From: Methanobacteriota archaeon
GTDB lineage: Archaea; Thermoplasmatota; Poseidoniia; Poseidoniales; Thalassarchaeaceae
DNA: 64,000 bases
Assembly (NCBI GenBank): GCA_018654845.1
Contig: JABIKU010000011.1
Location: 29,596 to 93,595, forward strand
Direction: 5' to 3'
The first letter of the stretch is position 1, and each line of letters begins with the position of its first letter. Under the pieces are notes generated by a model, which was not told the DNA's origin, did not search any database, and saw only the letters and a program-made list of their open reading frames with translations. Position numbers and translations under genes: made by a program. This document shows positions 15,425 to 25,665 of this stretch, piece by piece.

Positions 15425-16474
15425 ATGACGGGTCACCTCCCGCTAACAAGCGACCAAAATTCAGTCTCCAATCATTCTGATAAGTCACCTAAACCAAGTG
15501 CTTCTGAACGTCGAAAAACATTGAGAAAACGCCTTCCGCCTTGGTTCAAAACCGCTCTACCTACCGGAATTGCCCAGGTGAATTTTAACGAAATCAAATC
15601 AAATGTTCACGAGCACGGATTAGCAACGGTTTGCGAAGAAGCGAGATGCCCGAACATTCACGATTGCTGGGGTCGAGGTACTGCTACGTTCATGATCGCT
15701 GGCGAAGATTGTACAAGAGGATGTAGATTCTGTGCAGTCAATACAGTAAAATCGCCAGCGCCACTAAATCAAAATGAGCCACGGGAGTTGGCAGAAGCAA
15801 TCGAATTGATGGGGATTTCTCACGCGGTAATCACCGTCGTCAACCGTGATGATTTACAAGATGGTGGAGCCAGTCATTACCGAGAATGTTTACTCAAAGT
15901 CAACTCGCGAACACCTAATGTCGGCCTCGAACTTCTTTGCTCCGACCTCGATGGCAACCTAGGTGCCCTAGCCAATCTGCTCAATGATTTACCAATCCGA
16001 GTTTTTGCTCACAATGTTGAATGTGTTCCACGTTTAGATAGCGTTGTTCGTGATAAACGGGCATCTTTTTCTCAATCTCTGAAAATTCTCGCCGAGGCAC
16101 ATCGTCTTCGCCCGGATTTACACATCAAATCAAGTCTGATGGTCGGTCTCGGAGAAAACGACGAAGAAATTATCGACACCTTGCAACTTCTACGCGATGC
16201 TGGCGTCGATATGATTACCCTCGGACAATATTTACAACCAAGCCATAGACATCTGCCAATCGATAGATTTCCCGAGCCAGTACAATTCGCAAAATGGGAT
16301 GCTGCGGCTCGGAAAATGGGATTCAAAGCTGTTGCAAGTGGACCATTAGTCCGCTCGTCATACAGGGCAGGATTACTATGGGAAGAAGCGGAAGGAGGCG
16401 AGCCTGTGGTAACAATAGATTCGACAGGTTCCGCTGTCAGCAACTTGAGAAATCAGATTGGAAGTGTGGTCTAA
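15425..16474 (+). CDS. lipA: Lipoyl synthase
   Basis: CEEARCPNIHDC (auxiliary cluster), CTRGCRFC (radical SAM), HNVE, C-terminal RSSY. Confidence 0.95.
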   Translation: MTGHLPLTSDQNSVSNHSDKSPKPSASERRKTLRKRLPPWFKTALPTGIAQVNFNEIKSNVHEHGLATVCEEARCPNIHDCWGRGTATFMIAGEDCTRGCRFCAVNTVKSPAPLNQNEPRELAEAIELMGISHAVITVVNRDDLQDGGASHYRECLLKVNSRTPNVGLELLCSDLDGNLGALANLLNDLPIRVFAHNVECVPRLDSVVRDKRASFSQSLKILAEAHRLRPDLHIKSSLMVGLGENDEEIIDTLQLLRDAGVDMITLGQYLQPSHRHLPIDRFPEPVQFAKWDAAARKMGFKAVASGPLVRSSYRAGLLWEEAEGGEPVVTIDSTGSAVSNLRNQIGSVV

Positions 16475-16508
16475 ACAGGCCAAACAATATGAGTGAGAAG
16501 CAGGTGTT

Positions 16509-17759
16509 ATGAATATGGCGGGAAAGGATGCGACGAATTCACCAATTCACATTCCATCCGCACCATTTCGACCAGGCGACACCTCGACATTTGAGCAATG
16601 GACGGCAAAGCCGACAGACCATTCAATGCCAGCAATAAATTGTTCTGCCGAAGAAACGGCGGAACACGCAGCTGGGCTAATACGAGTTTTATCCGACGAT
16701 AATATCGCCAGCGGTGATTGGAATCGAGATATTTCTGCTGAAGATTTACGCCTTGGTCTAGAACATATGGTCAGATTACGAATTTTTGATGACCGTATGA
16801 TGAAAATGCAACGAACTGGAAAACTATCCTTCTACATGCGTTCCCTTGGTGAAGAGGCAGTTGCCATCGCTCAAACGATGGCGCTCGAAAACCAAGATTG
16901 GATTTTTCCATCTTACCGACAACCTGGTGCACAATTCGTCCGCGGAAGAGATATGGTGAGTATGATATGTCACTGTATTGGCAATGAAGAAGATAACGTC
17001 AAGGGTAGACAAATGCCTGTACATTATACCTGGAAAGAGGGCAGATTCATATCAATCTCAAGCCCAGTTGGAACACAATTTAGCCAAGCTGTTGGTGTAG
17101 GATTAGCCTCGCAGTACAAAGGATTAGATGAAGTAACAATTTCATGGATAGGTGATGGCTCAAGTTCTCAAGGAGACTACCATTATGCTTTGAATTTTGC
17201 AGGAGTTTTCAAAGCCCCTGTAATATTAAACACCGTAAATAATCAATGGGCAATTTCTTCACACGTTAACATAGCTACCGCTGGCAAAAACTTCGCAATT
17301 CGTGGAATCCCCTACGACCTCCCAAGTTTACGAGTTGATGGCAATGATTTCCTTGCTCTCTATTCGGTTACAAAATGGGCTAGAGATAGAGCAGCAGCCG
17401 GATTTGGTGCAACCCACATCGAGGTGTTGACATATCGCGCTGGAGCACATAGCTCCAGCGATGATCCAACAAGATATCGGCCACAGGATGAAGCGCAATG
17501 TTGGCCTGGCGGCGACCCGATAGAGAGATTGAAATCACACCTTATCGAGATCGGCGAGTGGAGCGACGAACAGCATGATTCACTGGAAGAAAAAATTGAT
17601 TCAGAAGTCATGAACGCCTACAAGGAGGCAGTCAAGTTCGGGGATTTGGCTAATGGGCCATATCCATCTTCAGACCACATTTTCACTGAAGTTTACGAAA
17701 CCGTACCTTGGCATCTTGAGGAACAGCGTAAGGAAATGAAACGTTGGAGGGATGCTTAA
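16509..17759 (+). CDS. bkdA1: Branched-chain 2-oxoacid dehydrogenase E1 alpha
   Basis: TPP motif GDGSSSQGD...VNN; KLSFYM, GRQMPVHY, SISSPVGTQF, YRAGAHSSSDDPTRYR. Confidence 0.88.
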   Translation: MNMAGKDATNSPIHIPSAPFRPGDTSTFEQWTAKPTDHSMPAINCSAEETAEHAAGLIRVLSDDNIASGDWNRDISAEDLRLGLEHMVRLRIFDDRMMKMQRTGKLSFYMRSLGEEAVAIAQTMALENQDWIFPSYRQPGAQFVRGRDMVSMICHCIGNEEDNVKGRQMPVHYTWKEGRFISISSPVGTQFSQAVGVGLASQYKGLDEVTISWIGDGSSSQGDYHYALNFAGVFKAPVILNTVNNQWAISSHVNIATAGKNFAIRGIPYDLPSLRVDGNDFLALYSVTKWARDRAAAGFGATHIEVLTYRAGAHSSSDDPTRYRPQDEAQCWPGGDPIERLKSHLIEIGEWSDEQHDSLEEKIDSEVMNAYKEAVKFGDLANGPYPSSDHIFTEVYETVPWHLEEQRKEMKRWRDA

Positions 17760-18769
17760 TGGTTAACATGAACATGGTTCAGTCCGTCAATTCTGCTCTA
17801 GACACCATGCTCGAGCGAGATAATGACATGGTTGTTTTCGGCGAAGACATCGGTTATTTCGGCGGTGTTTTCCGTACTTGCGATGGCTTACAAGAAAAAC
17901 ACGGTAAACATCGAGTCTTCGATGCGCCACTCGCTGAAGGCGGCATCGCAGCGATGGCTTTCGGTATGGGCATCAATGGGCTTCGCCCAGTTTTTGAAAT
18001 TCAATTTGCTGACTATATCTTCCCAGCATATGATCAAATCGTCAATGAAATAGCGAAAATTCGCCACCGATCAGGTGGTGAATTTACCTGTCCAGTCACC
18101 ATTCGTACACCTGCCGGAGGAGGAATCAAAGGAGGTCACCACCATTCCCAATCTCCGGAGGCTCAATTTACTCATACTCCTGGATTAAAAGTAGTTTATT
18201 GCTCAACTCCATACAATGCAAAAGGATTGTTAATTAGCGCGATCGAATCAAACGATCCTATCGTATTCTTCGAACCAAAACGCTGCTACAGAGGTCCCTT
18301 CTACGGTGATCCGCACAATGTCCCTACATGGAAAGATCACCCGGAAGCAGAAGTCCCAGAATCATATTACAAAATTCCATTGGAGCAGGCGAGAATAGCA
18401 ATGAGAGGCGATGCTTGTACCGTTATTGCGTGGGGAGCGATGGTTCACGTTGCAGAACAAGCGATTCGAAATTCAGGTGTAAATTGTGAATTATTAGACT
18501 TGCAAACCCTTGTTCCATGGGATCGAGAAACAGTAACTGAATCAATAAAGAAAACCGGCCGCTGTGTAATCGTTCACGAAGCCCCAAAAACCAGCGGATT
18601 TGGAGCAGAAATGGTCGCTTCAATTCAAGAAAGATGCTTTTATCACCTAGAGTGTCCAATAGAGCGCGTGGCCGGTTGGGATACACCCTTCCCTCATACA
18701 ATGGAATGGGATTACATGCCGAGTCCTGCTCGGATAGCCGAGGCAATACACAAAACTCAGGAGGCTTAA
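17759..18769 (+). CDS. bkdA2: Branched-chain 2-oxoacid dehydrogenase E1 beta
   Basis: FGEDIGYFGGVFR, EIQFADY, GGHHHSQSPE, FFEPKR; TAATG stop/start overlap at 17757-17761. Confidence 0.9.
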   Translation: MVNMNMVQSVNSALDTMLERDNDMVVFGEDIGYFGGVFRTCDGLQEKHGKHRVFDAPLAEGGIAAMAFGMGINGLRPVFEIQFADYIFPAYDQIVNEIAKIRHRSGGEFTCPVTIRTPAGGGIKGGHHHSQSPEAQFTHTPGLKVVYCSTPYNAKGLLISAIESNDPIVFFEPKRCYRGPFYGDPHNVPTWKDHPEAEVPESYYKIPLEQARIAMRGDACTVIAWGAMVHVAEQAIRNSGVNCELLDLQTLVPWDRETVTESIKKTGRCVIVHEAPKTSGFGAEMVASIQERCFYHLECPIERVAGWDTPFPHTMEWDYMPSPARIAEAIHKTQEA

Positions 18770-18771
18770 GA

Positions 18772-20076
18772 ATGTCAAATTACGTTTTTAAATTACCAGA
18801 TATAGGAGAAGGAGTAGTCGAAGGTGAAGTTGTTTCATGGCATGTTTCGGTTGGAGATTCTGTAAAAGAAGACGCTGCAATCGTCGATATCATGACAGAT
18901 AAAGCGACGGTGACAATTCCATCTCCAACCGATGGTGTAGTAGCTATACTCAATGGTGAAATTGGTGATATGATTGCGGTAGGCGCTACTCTAATTGAAT
19001 TCTCTACAGATGGTACGGATGTTATCGTGCCCGCTCCATCAGCAGCCGAGGCAACACCTGATCCAGATTCTAGTCCGGCCCCACAAGCATCGACTGTGAC
19101 TTCGGCGCCAACGGCACCAGTCCCTACGCCTAAACTAACTCCGATTGCAAAACCGGCATCCGCACCGAGCCAATCAACGGCGACTGTAAGCAGAAATACG
19201 CCTAGTCGAGTACTTACCAGTCCAGCGATTCGTCGACGTGCTCAAGAATCCAATGTCGACCTTTCATTAGTCACGGGAAGTGGTCCCGCTGGCAGAATCC
19301 GCCATGCTGATCTAGATGCTTACCTTGCTACCGGAGGATCGGTTTCTGGAGCCGCGCCTACAAATTACTCATCCAGAAGAACTGGAACCTCCGAAATCAA
19401 AGTTGTCGGCTTACGCCGAAAAATTGCTGAACAAATGGTTGTCTCAAAATTCTCTATCCCTCATTATTCCTACTTTGAAGAAATAGATATTACAGAATTG
19501 GAAGCATTACGCCAGTTCCTTAATTCAACTCGTTCAGAAGGTCAACCAAAATTGACATATTTGCCATTCATGATGTTGACATTAGCCAAAATAATGCCAA
19601 ATCATCAGGAATGTAATGCAACTTATGATGAAGCCGCAAATACTGTCACTCAATTCGAAGCGGTTCACTTGGGCATTGCTACACAAACCAATAGAGGCTT
19701 ATTTGTTCCAGTCGTAAAACACGTTGAAGCAATGGATGTCTGGAGTGCTGCAACTGAGATGCAGCGGGTATCTAGTGCTGCAAGAAATGGAACCGCTAAT
19801 CTCGATGATCTCAGTGGTTCAACCTTTACTATTACGAGCCTCGGCAGAGATGGCGGACTAGGCGCGACACCAATCATCAATCACCCCGAAGTTTCAATAC
19901 TCGGCGTCCATAAAGCTCGTGAAATGCCAGTTGTTCGAAATGGCAAAATTGAAATTCGCCTAATCATGAATATTTCTAGCTCTTTTGATCATCGAATTGT
20001 CGATGGTGCGAATGGTGCTGCATTAATCCAATCGATGAAAAAATTACTCGAGCACCCCGCTCTAATTTTCATGTGA
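18772..20076 (+). CDS. bkdB: Dihydrolipoamide acyltransferase E2
   Basis: FKLPDIGEG; one lipoyl domain (MTDKAT); Pro/Ala linker; E3-binding SPAIRRRA...GSGPAGRI; catalytic SFDHRIVDG. ATG at 18772. Confidence 0.92.
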   Translation: MSNYVFKLPDIGEGVVEGEVVSWHVSVGDSVKEDAAIVDIMTDKATVTIPSPTDGVVAILNGEIGDMIAVGATLIEFSTDGTDVIVPAPSAAEATPDPDSSPAPQASTVTSAPTAPVPTPKLTPIAKPASAPSQSTATVSRNTPSRVLTSPAIRRRAQESNVDLSLVTGSGPAGRIRHADLDAYLATGGSVSGAAPTNYSSRRTGTSEIKVVGLRRKIAEQMVVSKFSIPHYSYFEEIDITELEALRQFLNSTRSEGQPKLTYLPFMMLTLAKIMPNHQECNATYDEAANTVTQFEAVHLGIATQTNRGLFVPVVKHVEAMDVWSAATEMQRVSSAARNGTANLDDLSGSTFTITSLGRDGGLGATPIINHPEVSILGVHKAREMPVVRNGKIEIRLIMNISSSFDHRIVDGANGAALIQSMKKLLEHPALIFM

Positions 20077-20085
20077 GGAGATAAA

Positions 20086-21522
20086 ATGTCAGCAAATAAA
20101 AAATGTCGAGTATTGGTTGTGGGGGCAGGCCCAGGTGGCTATGTCGCTGCAATTAGGGCAGCACAATTAGGCATGGATACAATAATTGTTGAAGCGGATA
20201 AAACCGGCGGAACTTGCCTAATTCGAGGATGTATACCGAGTAAAGCTATCATCCATGCAGCAGAGCGTTTTGAGAATCTACGAAAGCATTCAGCAGAAGA
20301 TGGTCACATGGGAATTTCAATCACAGGAGATACAAATATCGACATGGCGGCAATAGTCGATTGGAAAGATTCTATTGTCAACCGTTTGAACAAAGGTGTC
20401 GAATCACTTCTGAAAGCAGCTGGAGCTGAATTAATCAAGGGCTGGGCGACTTTTACCAGTTCAAAACAATGCATTGTCGAAACCGAAGAAGGCTCTGTCA
20501 CAATCGATGCAGATAACATCATTATCGCAACTGGTTCGAGTCATATAGACTTACCATTCATGCCTTGCGATGAAGAATTTATCATTTCATCAACCGGGGC
20601 TCTCGACCTACAAAAATTACCGAAGAAAGTTGCCGTAATTGGTGGCGGATATATAGGATTAGAATTAGGTTGTGCCCTCTCAAGATTAGGGGCTGAAGTC
20701 ACAATAATCGAAGGTATGGATTCAGTTCTAGCAATAATGGACAAAGAAATTCGTCGACCTGTGGAAATTTGGCTAAAGAAGCACAAGGTTGTTGTTCACA
20801 CGCAAGCGATGGCAAAAGGAGCTGTTGTGAAAGGTAAAGGTAAATCTCGAAAAGTACACATGACTTTTGAGAAAAACGATGAGGAACAGACGATAGTTGT
20901 CGACAAGGTACTCGTTACCGTGGGTCGTCGCCCTAATACCAAAGGTTGGGGTTTGGAAAATATGGGAGTCAGAATGGATTCATCTGGCCGTTTCATAAGA
21001 ATCGATGATAAATGTCAAACCTCAGTTCCAGGAATCTATGCAATTGGCGATGTAGCCGGCGACCCAATGCTCGCTCACAAGGCGAGCGCTCAGGGTGAGA
21101 TGGTCGCCGAAGTTATTTCTGGTGAGAAACGTATCTTCGATAAAGTAGCGATTCCAGCAATTGTTTTCACAGAGCCAGAAATCGTATCGGTTGGTCTTTC
21201 TCCAAATGAAGCCAAAGAGGCGGGTGAAGAAATAATTACTGGGAAATTCCCACTCGCTGCAAACGGCCGAGCTTTAACGCTTGAAGCCGAGAAAACTATG
21301 GGATTCATTCGTGTAACAGCGAGAAAGTCCGATCACGTTATTCTCGGCATTCAAGCTGTTGGTAGCCACATTGCAGAGCTCCATGGAGAATTCATTCTCG
21401 CTCTTGAAATGGGTGCACTGCTCGAAGATATTGCAGACACAGTTCATGCTCATCCAACAATGACTGAATCCTTCCACGAAGGGGTTCTGAAAACGCTCGG
21501 ACATGCGATTCACATATCTTGA
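20086..21522 (+). CDS. lpdA: Dihydrolipoamide dehydrogenase E3
   Basis: GAGPGGY, GGTCLIRGCIPSK redox disulfide, GGGYIGLE, HAHPTMTE. Confidence 0.95.
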   Translation: MSANKKCRVLVVGAGPGGYVAAIRAAQLGMDTIIVEADKTGGTCLIRGCIPSKAIIHAAERFENLRKHSAEDGHMGISITGDTNIDMAAIVDWKDSIVNRLNKGVESLLKAAGAELIKGWATFTSSKQCIVETEEGSVTIDADNIIIATGSSHIDLPFMPCDEEFIISSTGALDLQKLPKKVAVIGGGYIGLELGCALSRLGAEVTIIEGMDSVLAIMDKEIRRPVEIWLKKHKVVVHTQAMAKGAVVKGKGKSRKVHMTFEKNDEEQTIVVDKVLVTVGRRPNTKGWGLENMGVRMDSSGRFIRIDDKCQTSVPGIYAIGDVAGDPMLAHKASAQGEMVAEVISGEKRIFDKVAIPAIVFTEPEIVSVGLSPNEAKEAGEEIITGKFPLAANGRALTLEAEKTMGFIRVTARKSDHVILGIQAVGSHIAELHGEFILALEMGALLEDIADTVHAHPTMTESFHEGVLKTLGHAIHIS

Positions 21523-21533
21523 GGCAGAATATT

Positions 21534-22217
21534 ATGCGACCACTCAGAATACTCAGAGCGGGGGTTGAGGAACATGAAATCATTTCTGAAACAATGCGCA
21601 GAATGCAACAGCAACGCATCGACGACGAGATTCCAGATACACTAATTCTCGTCGAACATCCTGAGATAGTTACTATCGGTCCAAAAGCGATTCGAGATGG
21701 TGTAAATGTAGATGGATACCCCACTTCAGTTGTCGACCGGGGAGGGGGAATCACATACCATGGCAAAGGACAATTGGTTGGTTACCCGATTATCAAATGG
21801 CAAAATGATGAGCAATCAGTTCGAGGTATTATCAATAAAATCGAAGATTGGATGATGGCCGCATTCGAAGATTGTGGGATAGACGGTTATCGTGATGAGA
21901 GAATGATGGGGGTTTGGCTTGGTGGATACAAAGTAGCCTCGATTGGACTCGCGTTCAAACACTGGGTTAGCAGACACGGCTTTGCCATCAATTACGACAT
22001 CCCAGAAAATCGAATCGAATCATTACCATGTTGCGGACTAAATACTGGGATGACAACATCTCTTTCTCGTCTCGGTCACCCACATGACCTTGAAGGTCGA
22101 ATTATTGACCGAACTCGACTCGAAGAGGCCTTACTAGTTACCTGTGAGCAGTACATTAGTCGTACCCCAATGATCCCTATAGATTGGAATGCAGAGTTGA
22201 ATGTTCAAGGGATGTGA
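21534..22217 (+). CDS. lipB: Octanoyltransferase (LipB type)
   Basis: LVEHPEIVTIG, DRGGGITYHG.GQLVGYP, KVASIG, HGFAIN, LPCCGL; ATG at 21534. Confidence 0.88.
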   Translation: MRPLRILRAGVEEHEIISETMRRMQQQRIDDEIPDTLILVEHPEIVTIGPKAIRDGVNVDGYPTSVVDRGGGITYHGKGQLVGYPIIKWQNDEQSVRGIINKIEDWMMAAFEDCGIDGYRDERMMGVWLGGYKVASIGLAFKHWVSRHGFAINYDIPENRIESLPCCGLNTGMTTSLSRLGHPHDLEGRIIDRTRLEEALLVTCEQYISRTPMIPIDWNAELNVQGM

Positions 22218-23415
22218 CTGGTTGAACAACCGGCCACAAAGAAGTGAATTTGCGAAATATTGGGGACTTGACCCCGAAATTACATTTTTGAACCATGGTT
22301 CATTTGGTGCTTGCCCAACTGAAATTTTAGATTATCAATCAAAAATGCGATTGCAATTAGAAACTGATCCGGTTCGGTTTTTTGAGTATGAATGTCTGCC
22401 ATTATGGCACAATGCCATCGAATCTCTATCGAGATTCATAAACGCAAATCCAGAGGGTATGACATTTCAAAACAATGCAACTGCGGGTGTAAATTCAGTT
22501 CTTCGAAGTTTGAAATTCGAACAAGGAGACGAAATAATCGTTCCAAATCACTCCTACCAAGCCTGTTGGAATGCTATAGAATTCGTCGCGAAACGCTGGG
22601 GTGCAAAAGTTATCGTTGTCGATATTCCATTCATCATCGAAGAAGAGGACCAAATTATCGAATTGATTTTGACAGCGATTACCGAACGAACAAAATTAGC
22701 ATTGATCGATACTGTCACCAGCCCGACAGGGATGAGAATGCCATTTGAGCGACTGATTACTGAAATTCAAAGTCGTGGTATCGATGTGCTCCTCGATGCA
22801 GCCCACGGCCCAGGAATAGTCCCCTTAAATCTCAAAAAACTCGATGTAGCATATATGACAGGAAATTGCCACAAATGGCTCTGTACACCGAAAGGTTCAG
22901 CATTCTTACACATCAGAGAAGACCGAAAATCACTGATAAAACCACTAAACATTAGTCACGGTTATTCGGCTGACCTAAATACTCAAGAAAAATTCAGGTT
23001 CGAATTTGATTGGACTGGAACCCAAGACCCCACGCCTTGGTTGTGCATTCCAAAAGCAATCGATTTCCTTGAATCAAAAGTCGCTGGAGGATGGCCAGGG
23101 ATTCTTGATAGAAACCGAAAACTCGCAATCTATGGTAGAAAATTAATGTGTGAGGCACTTGGAAGCGAGCCATCAATCCCTGAATCAATGGTGACTTCTT
23201 TGGCGGCAGCTGAAATTAGTTCAAAGATAAAAACTAAAGATGAAAATCTCCAATTCGACCCTCTGCATACATCATTGTTTGAAGATTATGGAATACAAAT
23301 TCCAGTTTGGCATTGGCCTCATCATAACACACGTTACATTCGATTATCCGCCGCATTATATAACGGAGAAGAGGAATATCAGTATCTTGCTAAGGCACTC
23401 GAAGAGAGCCTTTGA
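22201..23415 (+). CDS. PLP-dependent class V aminotransferase-fold enzyme (isopenicillin N epimerase / Egt2 / L-cysteine desulfhydrase-like)
   Basis: FLNHGSFGACP, NATAG, DAAHGPG, GNCHKWL (PLP Lys), DWTGTQDP. No NifS/SufS catalytic Cys loop near the C-terminus. Confidence 0.75.
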   Translation: MFKGCDWLNNRPQRSEFAKYWGLDPEITFLNHGSFGACPTEILDYQSKMRLQLETDPVRFFEYECLPLWHNAIESLSRFINANPEGMTFQNNATAGVNSVLRSLKFEQGDEIIVPNHSYQACWNAIEFVAKRWGAKVIVVDIPFIIEEEDQIIELILTAITERTKLALIDTVTSPTGMRMPFERLITEIQSRGIDVLLDAAHGPGIVPLNLKKLDVAYMTGNCHKWLCTPKGSAFLHIREDRKSLIKPLNISHGYSADLNTQEKFRFEFDWTGTQDPTPWLCIPKAIDFLESKVAGGWPGILDRNRKLAIYGRKLMCEALGSEPSIPESMVTSLAAAEISSKIKTKDENLQFDPLHTSLFEDYGIQIPVWHWPHHNTRYIRLSAALYNGEEEYQYLAKALEESL

Positions 23416-23456
23416 ACAATAACACTCATTGAAGTCCACCTGTTAGAGGAACCATC

Positions 23457-24026
23457 ATGCCAGAAGTTGTCGTTGCGATTACCGGCGCATCCGGAGCCAG
23501 ATATGGCGTCCGCCTAGTCGAGGCATTGATTGATGCAGGTTGGCAAATACGACTCATTATCACTGGAGCCGGTGCAATAAATTTAGACTTAGAATGCCAA
23601 TTAACACCCGAAGATTTAGGTAAATTAGACGGGGTTACACTCGAAGAAAATGACAATCTAGCGGCACGCTCCGCCTCAGGTTCAGCAAAAATTGATGCTT
23701 ATGTCGTCTGCCCCGCATCCGGTACTACAATAGGGAAAATTGCAGCTGGAATTTCGGACAACCTCGCCACCCGAAGTGCATTAGTAGCAATGAAAGAAAG
23801 AAGAAAACTAATTCTAGTTCCACGCGAAGCACCCTATGCAACTCCACATCTTGAAGCGATGGCAAAAATGTCTGCATGGGGAGTTGTGATTTTGCCAGCA
23901 AGTCCAGGATTTTATCATAATCCAACTACTATTGAAGAGATTATCGATTTCGTAGTCGCGAGAATTCTTGATCAAATGGGTGTTGAACACACAGTTGGAA
24001 AAAGATGGTCAGGGGATGAGGTCTAA
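23457..24026 (+). CDS. ubiX: Flavin prenyltransferase
   Basis: AITGASGA, ASGS, PASGTTIGKIAAGISDNL, LVPREAP, PASPGFY, VARILDQ. Confidence 0.92.
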   Translation: MPEVVVAITGASGARYGVRLVEALIDAGWQIRLIITGAGAINLDLECQLTPEDLGKLDGVTLEENDNLAARSASGSAKIDAYVVCPASGTTIGKIAAGISDNLATRSALVAMKERRKLILVPREAPYATPHLEAMAKMSAWGVVILPASPGFYHNPTTIEEIIDFVVARILDQMGVEHTVGKRWSGDEV

Positions 24027-25654
24027 TGACCGAAAATGAAGAAATAGTCAATACGGAACCTATTGATGGAATTAATACAGAGGAAACCATTGAAAAATCA
24101 AAATTTCAAACGATTATTTCTCAGATTATTTCATTGCCTATTCCCGTACTCGCAGTATCCGCATTATTACTCCTCGCGAGTACGGCAGGAACCGTACTAT
24201 ACGCGGATGAAATCACTGGATGGATTAAAGGAGAGCCAGATTACAAATTAATCGAGTTTGATTCAGGAGAAGCGAGAGGGTTTGCCCAATCTTTAGTCGA
24301 TCTCGGACACCCTGAGTGGACAGGTCGAATGTCAGGAACATCTCAAGAAGTTGCAACTGCAGAATTCATTCGAGAAAATTTTTCAAAAATGGGATTAGAT
24401 ACAACCTTAGAAGAATTTGATGTACCGATGTTTGTTATCGGTGATACGCCAAGATTATCGATCTGCACACCTGGTACAATTGGCTTCATTCCAGGTGGGG
24501 CACCTTGCTCTAGCGCAGATTTCAACCGTGATGAAACCGAATTTACACACCGTGAAGATTTTGTTCTGCAAGGTTATTCCGGCTCATCAAATATCCAATA
24601 CCAAGAAGATAAGGACGTGATTGATCTGGGTAATGGTAGTGAAGATGCTGATTGGGAATCTGCTAACGGCGCTGTTGCCCTAGTTCATATGGTACAGGAG
24701 ACTGAATCAAATACGGTGCTATTTGAACGAGCAGGTATGGCTGGACTCGATGGATTGATACTCATCAATGAACGTCAAAACTGTGATGAACTTGTATCTG
24801 ATGATTGTGTACCATATTTCAAATCCGTTTCGATTTCATCTCTCTCTCAAATTCCAGAAAATCTCGGATTTATCATGGTTTCAAAATCAGTTGGTCAAAC
24901 TCTTATCGATGAATTGGTTAATGGTGATGCGAGAATATCATTTTTCACTGATGTTGTCAATACAGGTGAAGCGACAATAAATGTTCCATGTGGGATTATC
25001 GAAGGAAAGTCAGAATCACTGATAATTATCGGTGCACATCATGATACCGTATACAATGGACCTGGGGCAGTTGATGATACATCAGGAACATCTACCGTAA
25101 TGGAAATTGCAAGACAATTCGGGCTAATGGAAAGAGAACTGGGTAAGCCCGCTCATACAATTTACTTATGCACCTGGGGTGGAGAAGAAGAAGGGCTATT
25201 CGGCTCGTCTGAGTGGGTTTCAAAACATCAGAGCAGGTTACAGGAAAATTTACGATTATATGTTAATTTAGATATGAATCATGTCGATTCAGAAAGGAAT
25301 GGTGGGGTCACTTTATTTGGAAATTCAAAAGCAGATGTTGAGTTAATATCAGGGATAACTAAAGTTTTCAAACGAGAAAATCAAGAACTGGCGAATTCTT
25401 ATGAAATTAGAATTAATAAATTGGCCAGTGATGATATGCCATACAATTCTGATCATGCACCTTTCGTATATGAAATCGATCCGCAGGAAGCCGATGGCAA
25501 GGACTACGGTAGAGCTATTGTGTGCTATGGATCTGGTTCTTCAGAGTACCACACTTATCTCGATGGTATGGATCGATTCAATGAAGAAAGCTTAGCTGTT
25601 TCCGGAATTATTTATGGTAGTCTTGTAAGATATCTCGCTTGGGGCGAGAAATAA
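24026..25654 (+). CDS. Membrane-anchored M28 family zinc aminopeptidase with PA-like insert
   Basis: N-terminal TM; GAHHD, GAVDDTSG, GGEEEGLFGS, NLDM, SDHAPF, YHT. Confidence 0.85.
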   Translation: MTENEEIVNTEPIDGINTEETIEKSKFQTIISQIISLPIPVLAVSALLLLASTAGTVLYADEITGWIKGEPDYKLIEFDSGEARGFAQSLVDLGHPEWTGRMSGTSQEVATAEFIRENFSKMGLDTTLEEFDVPMFVIGDTPRLSICTPGTIGFIPGGAPCSSADFNRDETEFTHREDFVLQGYSGSSNIQYQEDKDVIDLGNGSEDADWESANGAVALVHMVQETESNTVLFERAGMAGLDGLILINERQNCDELVSDDCVPYFKSVSISSLSQIPENLGFIMVSKSVGQTLIDELVNGDARISFFTDVVNTGEATINVPCGIIEGKSESLIIIGAHHDTVYNGPGAVDDTSGTSTVMEIARQFGLMERELGKPAHTIYLCTWGGEEEGLFGSSEWVSKHQSRLQENLRLYVNLDMNHVDSERNGGVTLFGNSKADVELISGITKVFKRENQELANSYEIRINKLASDDMPYNSDHAPFVYEIDPQEADGKDYGRAIVCYGSGSSEYHTYLDGMDRFNEESLAVSGIIYGSLVRYLAWGEK

Positions 25655-25665
25655 ATCGATTAGAT

